Below are positions 43,529 through 54,041 of a stretch of DNA of 64,000 nucleotides, one piece after another. The stretch lies in sequence record PQ863253.1; one strand, given 5' to 3'. The notes beneath the pieces are model-generated. The model had not been told where the DNA came from. It ran no database searches and was given only the letters and a program-made list of their open reading frames with translations. Source of the DNA: Escherichia phage Ptacy1496. The first letter of the stretch is position 1. Every line of letters starts with the position of its first letter. Both the position numbers and the translations under genes were made by a program.

Positions 43529-45792
43529 TACAATTTACACGCTGCACAATCATCGGCTTTTGGAGTTTCTATTTCATAATCATCAGTACCGGAACCATCA
43601 CGAGTATTATGATAATAGAAGTTTTTAATGCCATAATACCATCCGTATAGCATGTCATCAATCATTACAGACATTGGAACCTTTCCTTTTGGAAAAATCT
43701 GCGGGTCATAGTATGTATTTGCTGAAGCTGATTGACATACCCATTTCAGCATAATAGCTACCTGCGTAAGATAAGGTTTATTACCTTTCTTAGCTAATTT
43801 CCATGTATAATCATAGAGGTCTATGTTATGCTCAATATTGGGCACGACTTGATTAAAGGAGCCCTCTTTTGATTCTTTAACAGAGACTGGTCCACGTGGA
43901 GGCTCGATACCGTTTGTACTGTTAGAAACTTGGGAAGATGACTCACATGGCATAAGTGCTGATAATGTGCTATTACGGATGCCAAAGAGCTTAAGGTCTT
44001 CCCGCAGCGACGACCAGTCACAAACGTATTTTGGAGCTGCGATTTGGTCAATCTTTTTATTGTACCAGTCGATAGGTAATTCGCCTCGAGACCAACGAGT
44101 GTCTGAATAATATTCACAAGGTCCTTTTTCTTTGGCGAGTTTAATGGATGCTTTAATGAGTCCATACTGTAATCTCTCAAATAGTTCATGTGTTAAATCG
44201 TTAGCATCTTCATAAGAAGCAAAGTTACTTGCCAACCAAGCTGCATAGTTAGTAACACCTACACCGAGGTTACGACGCTTTTTAGCTTTTTCTGCTTCAG
44301 GAACTGGATATCCTTGGTAATCCAAAAGATTATCAAGAGCACGAACCTGGACTTCTGCCAATTCATTAATTTTATCTTGGTCTTGCCAGTCAAAATTATC
44401 CAGTACGAATGCAGAGAGAGTACACAATCCAATTTCAGCATCAGGACTATTCACATCATTTGTTGGAATAGCAATTTCACAACACAAGTTGCTCTGACGA
44501 ATAGGTGCCTTTTCACGAATAAACGGAGTATAGTTATTCGTATTATCTATGAACTGTACATAAATCCTTGCTGTTCCTGAGCGTTCAGTCATGAGTAATT
44601 CAAACAGTTCACGGGCTTTAATACGCTTTTTACGAATATTAGGGTCTTTTTCTGCGGCTTCGTATAATTCACGGAAACGGTCTTGGTCTTTAAAATAAGA
44701 ATAATAAAGCTCGCCACCCATTTCATGCGGACTGAACAAAGTAATGTAATCGTTCTTTCCAAAACGTTCCATCATCAAATCATTCAGCTGAACACCATAA
44801 TCCATATGACGAATGCGGTTTTCTTCTACGCCTTTGTTATTTTTCAAAACGAGAAGATTTTCAACTTCCAAATGCCAAATAGGATAATAAGCAGTAGCAG
44901 CGCCGCCACGAATTCCGCCCTGTGAACATGATTTAACAGCAGTCTGAAAATGTTTCCAAAAAGGAATAACACCAGTATGGCGTACTTCACCCATGCCAAT
45001 CTTAGAACCTTCAGCACGAATCATACCAACGTTAATACCAATTCCAGCACGTTTGGAGATATATTCAACAATTGAAGCAGAAGCCTTATTAATAGACTTT
45101 AATGAATCACCTGCCTCAATAACAACGCATGAACTAAACTGCCGAGTTGGAGTACGACAACCAGCCATAATAGGAGTTGGTAATGAAATCTGTCGAGTAG
45201 ATACTGCTTCATAAAAACGAATAACATGTTTTAATCTATCAACAGGTTCATCTTGATGCAATGCCATTCCAATAGTCATAAATGCAAACTGCGGAGTTTC
45301 ATAAATTTGACCAGTGGTTTTATCTTTAACTAAATATTTTTCTTTTAATTGCATCGCCCCGGAATAAGTAAATTCCATATCCCGCTCGTGCTTAATTTTT
45401 GATTCTAAAAATGTAATTTCTTCTGCTGAATATTTTGACAACAATTCAGGGTCATATTTACCTGCATTTACACAGTAAGAAATATGGTCAATAAATGAAC
45501 GTGGTTCATACTGCCCATAAACATGCTTACGAAGAGCAAACATTAAACAGCGTGCAGCTACATATTGATAATCAGGTTCTTCAACCGAAATAGAATTCGC
45601 AGCAGCCTTAATGACAATAGTCTGAATATCATCAGTTGTCATTCCATCACGGAGATAAGATTTAATATTTTCATATAATTCATAAGGATCTACTGATGTT
45701 CCTTCAGCTGCCCAAGATAAAACTTTAATAATTTTTTGTGGGTCAAAGCTCTGAGAAACACCACTACTTTTGATAACATTAATTAATTGCAT
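43528..45792 (-). CDS. nrdA: Ribonucleotide reductase large subunit NrdA
   Basis: 754 aa, T4 NrdA length; ATP-cone N-terminus, C-terminal Cys pair. Confidence 0.95.
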   Translation of the reverse strand: MQLINVIKSSGVSQSFDPQKIIKVLSWAAEGTSVDPYELYENIKSYLRDGMTTDDIQTIVIKAAANSISVEEPDYQYVAARCLMFALRKHVYGQYEPRSFIDHISYCVNAGKYDPELLSKYSAEEITFLESKIKHERDMEFTYSGAMQLKEKYLVKDKTTGQIYETPQFAFMTIGMALHQDEPVDRLKHVIRFYEAVSTRQISLPTPIMAGCRTPTRQFSSCVVIEAGDSLKSINKASASIVEYISKRAGIGINVGMIRAEGSKIGMGEVRHTGVIPFWKHFQTAVKSCSQGGIRGGAATAYYPIWHLEVENLLVLKNNKGVEENRIRHMDYGVQLNDLMMERFGKNDYITLFSPHEMGGELYYSYFKDQDRFRELYEAAEKDPNIRKKRIKARELFELLMTERSGTARIYVQFIDNTNNYTPFIREKAPIRQSNLCCEIAIPTNDVNSPDAEIGLCTLSAFVLDNFDWQDQDKINELAEVQVRALDNLLDYQGYPVPEAEKAKKRRNLGVGVTNYAAWLASNFASYEDANDLTHELFERLQYGLIKASIKLAKEKGPCEYYSDTRWSRGELPIDWYNKKIDQIAAPKYVCDWSSLREDLKLFGIRNSTLSALMPCESSSQVSNSTNGIEPPRGPVSVKESKEGSFNQVVPNIEHNIDLYDYTWKLAKKGNKPYLTQVAIMLKWVCQSASANTYYDPQIFPKGKVPMSVMIDDMLYGWYYGIKNFYYHNTRDGSGTDDYEIETPKADDCAACKL

Positions 45793-46109
45793 AAGTCCTC
45801 AACTTGAAAATCGTCTTTAAACAATCGGTTAACTATATGAGCTATTATATCACCATGACACGGCTTTGGTTTACATGTGCATCCTAGCCTCATTCCACGT
45901 AAAGGCTCTAAATGTGCTTTAGTTATTTCTCCGGATTTAATTCGACGTATAAAATCTTTTTTGAATAATTCAATGGCAGCCTCCCGGCTGCCAGCATCTT
46001 TACCGACGTAATTTCCCCAAAATGTACCACGGTGAATATTAACATCAAAGTCGGATTTATATTTATTCACTACCCGACATAGACGGCCCGCGCGGTGATA
46101 ATTCGGCAT
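45783..46109 (-). CDS. Hypothetical protein, possible DUF4326-like fold (T4 nrdA.1 position)
   Basis: 108 aa; C-terminal [15 protein letters not shown] pattern; 47-nt overlap with upstream ORF. Confidence 0.6.
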   Translation of the reverse strand: MPNYHRAGRLCRVVNKYKSDFDVNIHRGTFWGNYVGKDAGSREAAIELFKKDFIRRIKSGEITKAHLEPLRGMRLGCTCKPKPCHGDIIAHIVNRLFKDDFQVEDLCN

Positions 46110-46338
46110 ATTGTTTTTCCGTTAAAACAGTAATATCATAATAACAGTCAGAAGAAATTTTAATGGTGGAAACTTTATTATCAAAATACTCACGGGTCAT
46201 TTTATGAGTATAATATTTTTTGCCATAAATGATAATAGGCTGATTTGGTCCTGGAACTTCTAACTCGCTTGGGTTAGGAAGTGTAAAAAGAACAACGTCA
46301 GAAGTATCTTTAAATCGTAAAATCATAAATCCTCGCAA
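46063..46338 (-). CDS. Hypothetical protein (T4 nrdA.2 position)
   Basis: 91 aa ORF. Confidence 0.6.
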   Translation of the reverse strand: MRGFMILRFKDTSDVVLFTLPNPSELEVPGPNQPIIIYGKKYYTHKMTREYFDNKVSTIKISSDCYYDITVLTEKQYAELSPRGPSMSGSE

Positions 46339-46346
46339 TAATAAAA

Positions 46347-47207
46347 TTATACCGCCATCTTTCCTTTAATTGGCGGGTGAGATACATAGTCGTTAAGAAC
46401 AAAATTATGCGGCTTTGCGAATTGACTCAACCAAAATACCTGTGATTCTGTGTCCCATTCATCAAATTCATCTGGGAATTTTAATTGTAATTCGCATAAA
46501 TCCATAGGTTCACGACGCAAAATTTCTTTACATTGTTCTACGTGATTCATATAGATATGAGTATTACCGCCAGAAAATATCAAATCTCCCGGAATAAGAT
46601 TACATATCTTAGCTACAATATGAACTAACGCAGCATATGATGCAATATTAAATGGAAGACCGAGGAAAACATCTACTGATCGTTGATACCACTGAAGGTC
46701 AAGGTATCCATTACGAACATTAAATTGATAGAACATATGACAAGGTGGTAATGCCATCTGCTTGAGTTCAGCTGGATTCCATGCTGAAACAATTTGACGC
46801 CTATCATTTGGCAGTTTTTTAATACGATCAATAACTTCTATAATTTGGTCTACACCACCAAAATCACGCCACTGTTTTCCATAAATTGGACCAAGTTCAC
46901 CGCTATGGTATCCTAAATCTTTTGCTTGATTTTCGTAATTTTCATCCCAAACTGTTTTGCCTTGGATTAACGAATCATGTTGAATTAATCGCAAATCATT
47001 GACATTTGTGCTTCCCGATAAAAACCATATTAGCTCAGCAATGCAAGCTTTCCAGGCGAGCTTCTTAGTTGTTACTGCAGGAAAACCTTTAGTTAAATCC
47101 CAGCGTAATTTAGTACCGAACAAAGCAATTGTTCCTGTGCCCGTTCGGTCATCGGTTTCATAGCCATTTTCAAAAATGTCTTTAATTAAATCTTGGTATT
47201 GTTTCAT
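46347..47207 (-). CDS. td: Thymidylate synthase (uninterrupted, no intron)
   Basis: 286 aa continuous ORF, T4 td mature length. Confidence 0.95.
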   Translation of the reverse strand: MKQYQDLIKDIFENGYETDDRTGTGTIALFGTKLRWDLTKGFPAVTTKKLAWKACIAELIWFLSGSTNVNDLRLIQHDSLIQGKTVWDENYENQAKDLGYHSGELGPIYGKQWRDFGGVDQIIEVIDRIKKLPNDRRQIVSAWNPAELKQMALPPCHMFYQFNVRNGYLDLQWYQRSVDVFLGLPFNIASYAALVHIVAKICNLIPGDLIFSGGNTHIYMNHVEQCKEILRREPMDLCELQLKFPDEFDEWDTESQVFWLSQFAKPHNFVLNDYVSHPPIKGKMAV

Positions 47208-47252
47208 TTAGTACCTTATATAAATTATAATACATTTTATGAAGCTAAATAA

Positions 47253-47612
47253 TCAATACGGTTTAGCATCAAATTTTCTCTCAATTTCAGGCGTGAAATA
47301 TAATTCTTTACCGCGTTTGGAAAAGCGACCAATAATATGATAATTATTCTCATCAAACGTGATATTACCAATATCCATAGCTTTCAACCAAATATCGATA
47401 TTTCTATCCAGCTTTATGTCAAAATTCCAATACGGAGAACTATTACCGAAAATACTGCAAGCGGATTCAGTGAAACAACTGCTATAAATCTTGTCTTTAG
47501 GAACTACTAATTGATAGACACCTTTAATAAACTGAGGACCCTGCCACTTTGGCTGTTTCGCGTCTTTTTCTAATAAAATAGGGTAATAATTAAAATTCAT
47601 ATTTTCCGCCAC
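47253..47612 (-). CDS. Hypothetical protein inserted between frd and td
   Basis: 119 aa ORF occupying a gap that is an frd/td overlap in T4. Confidence 0.65.
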   Translation of the reverse strand: MAENMNFNYYPILLEKDAKQPKWQGPQFIKGVYQLVVPKDKIYSSCFTESACSIFGNSSPYWNFDIKLDRNIDIWLKAMDIGNITFDENNYHIIGRFSKRGKELYFTPEIERKFDAKPY

Positions 47613-47620
47613 GCGTTATT

Positions 47621-48447
<827 letters not shown>

Positions 48448-48458
48448 TTTATCTCCTA

Positions 48459-48791
48459 TTAAAAAGGATCAGGAACATATCCACTAGCTTTAATCATTTT
48501 AATTAACGTTAACATTCCTTTATTAACTGCTAGTGAAATTTCATCAAAAACTTCATCACTAAAAAGTTCTAACACGCCCTTTTGAACTTTTAGTTTACAG
48601 CCAACAATTTCGTCATCGCCTATAGTAAATTCGTTTCCGCCAATTCCACCGAAAAACTTAATTACACCAGTTAACTGTCTTCCACGAGAATATGGGTCGT
48701 GTGATAAAGTAATGTGAGTCACCCCAGATACAGTTTTAAATTGGCAGCGGATGTTTACTTGAGCAATTCCAGTTACATGAATGTCAGACAT
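48459..48791 (-). CDS. Hypothetical protein (frd.2 position)
   Basis: 110 aa ORF. Confidence 0.65.
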   Translation of the reverse strand: MSDIHVTGIAQVNIRCQFKTVSGVTHITLSHDPYSRGRQLTGVIKFFGGIGGNEFTIGDDEIVGCKLKVQKGVLELFSDEVFDEISLAVNKGMLTLIKMIKASGYVPDPF

Positions 48792-48801
48792 AATATTTTC
48801 C

Positions 48802-49101
48802 TCAAACAGACTTTTTCACAATTTTCCAATCAGCTTTAAACTGATCAACGTCAGAATGGTAAATCCAGAATCCTGCGCTTTCTCCATCCTCATAAAGAGG
48901 GCATCCATCACATTCATCTTCCCATCCCATGTCACGCAAAAGACGTTCAGCTTTTTCAACAAGTTCAGAATCTTTACCGATGATATTAAAATACCATTTA
49001 CCTCTAACTTCTGAATCTTTGATGCTCTGGCGTTGTAATCTCATTTTATTCTCCTTAGTTGATAAGGCTATAGTATCACTACCATAGCCTGTTGTAAACA
49101 A
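48802..49101 (-). CDS. Hypothetical protein (frd.3 position)
   Basis: 99 aa ORF; start may be internal Met. Confidence 0.6.
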   Translation of the reverse strand: MFTTGYGSDTIALSTKENKMRLQRQSIKDSEVRGKWYFNIIGKDSELVEKAERLLRDMGWEDECDGCPLYEDGESAGFWIYHSDVDQFKADWKIVKKSV

Positions 49102-49404
49102 TTATTTTTGAATTTTATCGAGCCACTTACCAAGCTTAATCATTTCTTTAGTAGCCTTTTCCATACTTCTGAACTTAACCAATAGAGGATAGGTATCGAC
49201 ACCCATAACTAAACTGGTTACAAGACTGTGTTCACCCACAAGCCATAACGAATACGTTTGAATATCGAGCCCGTAATTTCTGTCTTTATGGACCCGTACA
49301 CCCATCACTTCAAATTTCTCACTAGCTTTTTCTACCGCATCCAGGAAATCATCTTTAGTCATATTAGGCCTTAAAAGTTTTTCGCAAAAGTTCAATGATT
49401 TCAT
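49102..49404 (-). CDS. Hypothetical protein
   Basis: 100 aa ORF. Confidence 0.6.
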   Translation of the reverse strand: MKSLNFCEKLLRPNMTKDDFLDAVEKASEKFEVMGVRVHKDRNYGLDIQTYSLWLVGEHSLVTSLVMGVDTYPLLVKFRSMEKATKEMIKLGKWLDKIQK

Positions 49405-49765
49405 CTACATTGTTTTCGTCAACAATGCAGTGAATTTTTGTTACGCCAGAAACCTTGTCTTTAACTTCATCCTCTTCAGAAGTCGGTTCTTTATATTCGC
49501 GGAAACAATAAAACTCTTCTTCACTAAGTTCAAAATAATCATCACCCATACCATCATCATTATAGATTTCACCATTAGCACAAATGATTTCGGTTACATA
49601 ATCAAAGCCATCTAAACTTGATATTGATTTAACTTCAAACCAACCACCATTTTCTTGAATGATGCCGACCATACTAGCATTTGATGAACTAATATCAATG
49701 AAAGATTTAATACGATGTGGATTTAACTCGTATTTTTTGCCGATTTCCATTTTGATTTTCCTCAT
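49364..49765 (-). CDS. Hypothetical acidic protein
   Basis: 133 aa ORF; start may be internal Met. Confidence 0.6.
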   Translation of the reverse strand: MRKIKMEIGKKYELNPHRIKSFIDISSSNASMVGIIQENGGWFEVKSISSLDGFDYVTEIICANGEIYNDDGMGDDYFELSEEEFYCFREYKEPTSEEDEVKDKVSGVTKIHCIVDENNVDEIIELLRKTFKA

Positions 49766-49795
49766 TTTAATAGGGGCTTGATAGCCCCTTGATAA

Positions 49796-50026
49796 TTATT
49801 GTTCAATCAGTCCCATGTAAAATTCTGCGTCTTCAGAATCCATGCCATCACAATATTCATTAGCCATAAAGCGGGTGAGGTCTTCAAGAGGACCTTCAAT
49901 GACAATAGAAAAATTGCAATAATTGGGATCATCGTGAATACTTGTGATACTAAGTTCAGGATAACGATTACGAATAATTTCTTCAATATATTCAAAATCA
50001 ACGATGTCAATATCAACTTTAGCCAT
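49796..50026 (-). CDS. Hypothetical small acidic protein
   Basis: 76 aa from ATG with SD AAAGAGGAAA (ORF track extends to 50089); early promoter upstream. Confidence 0.6.
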   Translation of the reverse strand: MAKVDIDIVDFEYIEEIIRNRYPELSITSIHDDPNYCNFSIVIEGPLEDLTRFMANEYCDGMDSEDAEFYMGLIEQ

Positions 50027-50069
50027 ATTATTTTCCTCTTTAATTATCAGCAGTATTGCCGATAGTTGT

Positions 50070-50099
50070 ATAGTACAATGGAATGACAAGGATGTAAAC
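50070..50099 (-). promoter_or_regulatory. Putative early promoter upstream of small ORF 49796-50026
   Basis: Minus strand GTTTAC, 18-nt spacer, TACTAT. Confidence 0.5.
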
Positions 50100-50119
50100 C
50101 GTTTTGTGAAAAAATTTTT

Positions 50120-50149
50120 GAAATAAAAAAGGGGACCTCTAGGGTCCCC
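50120..50149 (-). terminator. Terminator after gene 32 (minus strand)
   Basis: GGGGACC-loop-GGTCCCC followed on minus strand by UUUUUUAUUU. Confidence 0.75.
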
Positions 50150-50171
50150 AATTAATTAGTAATATAATCTA

Positions 50172-51077
50172 TTAAAGGTCATTCAAAAGGTCATCTAGGT
50201 CCGTGTCATCAGCACTAGATGAACTGCCAGAGCTTGAGCTCATAAAATCATCTTCAGTTTTTGTATTGAAGTCATCAACATTGAATGCATCCAAATCATC
50301 AGCAACTTTATCAGCTTTCTTAGCAGCAGTTGCAGCAGCACCGCCCATCACAGCAGTTCCCATAACTTGACCGAATTTAGTATTCAGTTCTTCAAATGAT
50401 TTGAATTTATCTTTAGAAGTCATTTCAGAAAGGTCAACCATTTGTTCGAACAGTTCTTTCTGGAAAGATTCATCATCAATGTTTGGAATCGCAGATTGAT
50501 TCAGGAATTTAGATTCATCGTAGTTACTAAATCCGGAAACTTGTTTAACTTTCAGTACAAAGTTAGCACCTTCCCACGGACAAGTTACATCAACCGGAGT
50601 TTCACCCATTTCAACATCAACCGCAATCATTGCATTGATTTTATCCCAGATTTTCTTACCGAAACGATATTTAAATACTTTACCTTCATTTTCTGGAGCA
50701 GCTGGGTCTTTTACAACAAGAATATTAGCCCAGTAAGAAGTTTTACGTTTAACAAGACTGTACTCTTTATTGTCAGTGTTGTACAGATCATTTTTACTGA
50801 TGTACTGACATACTGGGCAAGAATCGTAATCACCATGGGTAGATGAACATGTTTCAATATACCATTTACCATTTTTCTTGAAACCGTGATTTACAAGAAT
50901 TGCGAATGGTGCTTGTTCATCATTTTTAGACGGAAGAAAACGAATTACTGCTTGACCGTTACCCGCATTATCGAGTTTCAGTTTCCACTCGCCTTTATCT
51001 TCAGAAGAAAAACCTTTATTGCCATTCAGTTTAGCCATTTGTGCAGCAAGTTCAGCAGTAGATTTACGTTTAAACAT
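50172..51077 (-). CDS. 32: Single-stranded DNA-binding protein gp32
   Basis: 301 aa; Zn site C/H residues, acidic C-terminus; translational operator in leader. Confidence 0.97.
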
Positions 51078-51141
51078 TTTATTTCCTTTTTAATTTAATT
51101 TAATTTAATTTAATTAACAGTTGGTGCTATGACACTTTACC
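51078..51141 (-). promoter_or_regulatory. Gene 32 translational operator: pseudoknot-forming segment plus (UUAAA)-type repeats in 5' leader
   Basis: Leader (minus strand) contains five tandem 5-nt A/U repeats before AAGGAAA SD; upstream GC-containing segment matches recalled T4 gene 32 pseudoknot sequence. Confidence 0.7.
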
Positions 51142-51774
51142 TCATAGCTGGCATAATTCGCAATACTCTGGGTCTTCGAGAGGTATCCAACCTAAGTTGA
51201 AATACTTTACCATCGATTTAGCAGTTGTATCAGTTATATTTATATTACCTTTAACTCTTCGCCATCCAGGAGTTTTACCGTACAGATTAGAGGATAATAA
51301 TAACACATAATTCTCGTAAGCAATATGAGATAATTTCCAAGACTCTATATTAGCTCGTGATGTTTTCCAAGGTCTAAAATCGTCACGGTTCATATAATTA
51401 GCCAATCTCATATGCTCTCTAACTTCCGGGTCTTTGGCTGGATGAGTTTCACCACTCACACCAAATCCACCACCAGCATATACCAGATTAAAATAGTCTG
51501 GATTATCTCTTGCATTTACTTCAAGTTGGTATTTTCGTTCTGCTTCAATAACATCCAAGTCATCATCAATTTGAATTATTTTAACGCTCGGTTTTTGAAG
51601 CATTAGCGCATTCAAAAATCTTTTTTGTTTACATGAGCTCCAGTATTCCTTTCCGGAAGAGTCATATATTATTCCGTTCTCAAATGAGCAATTTAATTTA
51701 CTACCGATATAATAGTATGGCGGAGTCTTATTTTTGACACGGTCTTCAAATGTAAACCAATATACTATATTCAT
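51142..51774 (-). CDS. segG: GIY-YIG homing endonuclease, segG-like (between 32 and 59)
   Basis: 210 aa; N-terminal IVYWFTF...YYYIGSK GIY-YIG motif. Confidence 0.8.
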   Translation of the reverse strand: MNIVYWFTFEDRVKNKTPPYYYIGSKLNCSFENGIIYDSSGKEYWSSCKQKRFLNALMLQKPSVKIIQIDDDLDVIEAERKYQLEVNARDNPDYFNLVYAGGGFGVSGETHPAKDPEVREHMRLANYMNRDDFRPWKTSRANIESWKLSHIAYENYVLLLSSNLYGKTPGWRRVKGNINITDTTAKSMVKYFNLGWIPLEDPEYCELCQL

Positions 51775-51775
51775 A

Positions 51776-52429
51776 TCAATACTTGCAAGATTTCACAGTT
51801 TCAATGAAAACACTTTTAGCTTTCTGTGAATCAATATTTAAAATTTTTCTATAAGCCTTTAACTTTATAGAATAATTATTCCAGACTAAATTATCAGTCT
51901 GTTCATCATGTTTATCAATTATATTTAAAAACGAATCAAGCAAGATAAACGTCTCAAACGAAATTATGTTCGATTGAAGTAGTTTAAAAATATAACTTGA
52001 TTGAACTTTTGGATTATATTCAAAAATTTCTTTAAAAGCAGAAACTTCAACTTTTTTACTGAAATAGTAAATGTTGCGAATATCTTCTTCAAACTTAAAT
52101 TTAATTTGCTTCAAGCGTCCGATATATTCACGATAAAACACAAGTGCATCAGCGTCAGAGATGTCACCAATCCAAGCATCTTGGTTAGCTACAAGATTGC
52201 TAATAAAAATTAAAGTTAATTCTTTTAATTTATACTTTTCTGATAGCTTTTGGAAAAAATACTTATCCCTTCGCTTTTGATAAGCGGCATCAGACACCCG
52301 CATGCACCAATTATACTTAATTACATCATACTTTCCATTCATATGTTGTTTTATCATTAAGTATAATTTATAAACTGATTTACCATCAATGTATCTTTCA
52401 CCACCAGCAGGCATGCGGAGTTTAATCAT
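51776..52429 (-). CDS. 59: Helicase loader gp59
   Basis: 217 aa, T4 gp59 length. Confidence 0.92.
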   Translation of the reverse strand: MIKLRMPAGGERYIDGKSVYKLYLMIKQHMNGKYDVIKYNWCMRVSDAAYQKRRDKYFFQKLSEKYKLKELTLIFISNLVANQDAWIGDISDADALVFYREYIGRLKQIKFKFEEDIRNIYYFSKKVEVSAFKEIFEYNPKVQSSYIFKLLQSNIISFETFILLDSFLNIIDKHDEQTDNLVWNNYSIKLKAYRKILNIDSQKAKSVFIETVKSCKY

Positions 52430-52764
52430 AGTAGAAAATCTAATGTATTAGTTTTTTCACAACGAACAACAGAAGGACGCAAAAGATTTTCGTCGATAGC
52501 TTCTGACTGAATTTTTTCAATTATACCCGAAGGAATAAATTTAGCAAATTGAGTTTCAGGAATAGAGTTTTCTTCTAAGAATGCTGTTGTAGCTTCAAGA
52601 TAACTCATTCCAAACTCTTCTACCATTTTTTCAATAATAAATCCATTTTCTTGACGATCAAGAAGCTTTGCTATTTCATCCTTTTCTTTCTTGATTGAAA
52701 GTTCTTTTTCTGAAAGACCGGTCTCATCGACCGGACGAATGTCATTTAGAGAAAACTGTGTCAT
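52426..52764 (-). CDS. 33: Late transcription co-activator gp33
   Basis: 112 aa from ATG 52764 (ORF track starts at TTG 52773). Confidence 0.85.
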   Translation of the reverse strand: MTQFSLNDIRPVDETGLSEKELSIKKEKDEIAKLLDRQENGFIIEKMVEEFGMSYLEATTAFLEENSIPETQFAKFIPSGIIEKIQSEAIDENLLRPSVVRCEKTNTLDFLL

Positions 52765-53011
52765 AAAGTTCAACTACCTCTTCAGTTTCAGCTTCAAACA
52801 CATCACGGTTATCTTTATGATACAAAGCTAATAGACGATTAAACATCTTACCATCAACGCCAAGTTCATCTTTGGCACGAATTCGAATATCTTTAATCAA
52901 TTCATTATAACCGGAAATTTTCAGTTTATGATCAGATGCTTCTTTAATAAATTTAGCCAAGTCTTCGCCATGGATAGCTTCATCAAATTCAACCATTTCT
53001 TTTTTAGCCAT
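52742..53011 (-). CDS. dsbA: Double-stranded DNA-binding protein DsbA
   Basis: 89 aa, T4 DsbA length. Confidence 0.85.
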   Translation of the reverse strand: MAKKEMVEFDEAIHGEDLAKFIKEASDHKLKISGYNELIKDIRIRAKDELGVDGKMFNRLLALYHKDNRDVFEAETEEVVELYDTVFSK

Positions 53012-53019
53012 TATTCACC

Positions 53020-53937
53020 TCAAAATTCATTAATGCTATTAGTTAATTTAGAAAGACCCGCTTTTACAAAATATGAATAAATTTTGCCACGCGGTGGTAA
53101 TTTATATGAATTATAGTAATTCACAATGTTTGAAGCAATATTATCAGGAATATAATCAAAATCAATTAGAACTAAATTTTCTTTATAACGATTATATTCA
53201 GATTCTGTGAGAAGCACCTTAGCTTGCTCACGGTCATTAGCAATAGCTTCAACGATTGAAGTTTTCATTGAAGGGGTTCGTTCACCTTCAACTCTGGTAA
53301 ACCAAAAGTCAGATCGTACTTTAACTGAAGCAACGTTATCCTTTTTGTCGCCTTTAAGGATTTTAGTCATACAGTCAATTTCAGCAGAACCGCTTTTAAT
53401 TTTAACCCATTTCTTATGCATCGGTGACCATTGCTTAACATTTGGATATTTGTGAAGCTGTGTAAAGTCACCGTCCGATGAAATGATTAAAATCTTATGT
53501 CCTTCTAAAGAGAACTTTTTAACAAGAACAGCAATGTGGTCATCTGCTTCATACTTATCAATATCCATAACAATGTATGGCATATAAGCTTTCAATTCAT
53601 CTATAACTTTATGACTGGATTCAAAATAACCTTCCCAGTCCCAAGTAGATTCTTCTCGTGCTTTTCCACGGTTTTTCTTGTAATAGTAAGCGAAATCACG
53701 ACGCCAGTATCCAGATTTCGCGTTATCAATACATAGTACAATTTTAGTGTATCCAAGCGTTTTTGCTTTTTTGACATTAAACTTAATTGAGTTCAATATC
53801 AAATGACGAACCATTGATAAATTAATTTTTTCTTTATCTGGGAAGTTTACCAGAGCAGTTGAAAGAGCAATTTGACTAAAGTCAATAAAGCAAATTCCTT
53901 CTTTGTAATCTTCATCCAGCATCATTTCTAAATCCAT
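53020..53937 (-). CDS. rnh: RNase H (5'-3' exonuclease / flap endonuclease)
   Basis: 305 aa from ATG 53937 with GAGG upstream; early promoter at 53967-53996. Confidence 0.92.
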   Translation of the reverse strand: MDLEMMLDEDYKEGICFIDFSQIALSTALVNFPDKEKINLSMVRHLILNSIKFNVKKAKTLGYTKIVLCIDNAKSGYWRRDFAYYYKKNRGKAREESTWDWEGYFESSHKVIDELKAYMPYIVMDIDKYEADDHIAVLVKKFSLEGHKILIISSDGDFTQLHKYPNVKQWSPMHKKWVKIKSGSAEIDCMTKILKGDKKDNVASVKVRSDFWFTRVEGERTPSMKTSIVEAIANDREQAKVLLTESEYNRYKENLVLIDFDYIPDNIASNIVNYYNSYKLPPRGKIYSYFVKAGLSKLTNSINEF

Positions 53938-53966
53938 ATGAACCTCGTTCAATTAGTGAGATTTCT

Positions 53967-53996
53967 ATTATATACTATCTAAATCTTAAAGTAAAC
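53967..53996 (-). promoter_or_regulatory. Putative early promoter upstream of rnh
   Basis: Minus strand GTTTAC, 18-nt spacer, TATAAT. Confidence 0.6.
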
Positions 53997-53999
53997 AGG

Positions 54000-54007
54000 T
54001 ATAAATA
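54000..54007 (+). promoter_or_regulatory. Late promoter TATAAATA upstream of gene 34
   Basis: Exact consensus about 35 nt before ATG. Confidence 0.7.
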
Positions 54008-54041
54008 CTTATTATTGAAAACACAATAGGAGCCCGGGAGA

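Noticed and set aside
41619-47207. Group I introns in td or nrdB
   Set aside because: Both genes read through as single ORFs of the expected mature protein length, so no intron is present.
50442-51098. Plus-strand ORFs of 134 and 70 aa
   Set aside because: Antisense within gene 32 and its operator; no translation signals.
51091-51115. (TAATT)x5 tandem repeat as a microsatellite or mobile-element remnant
   Set aside because: Position and sequence match the known gene 32 translational operator; explained as regulatory.
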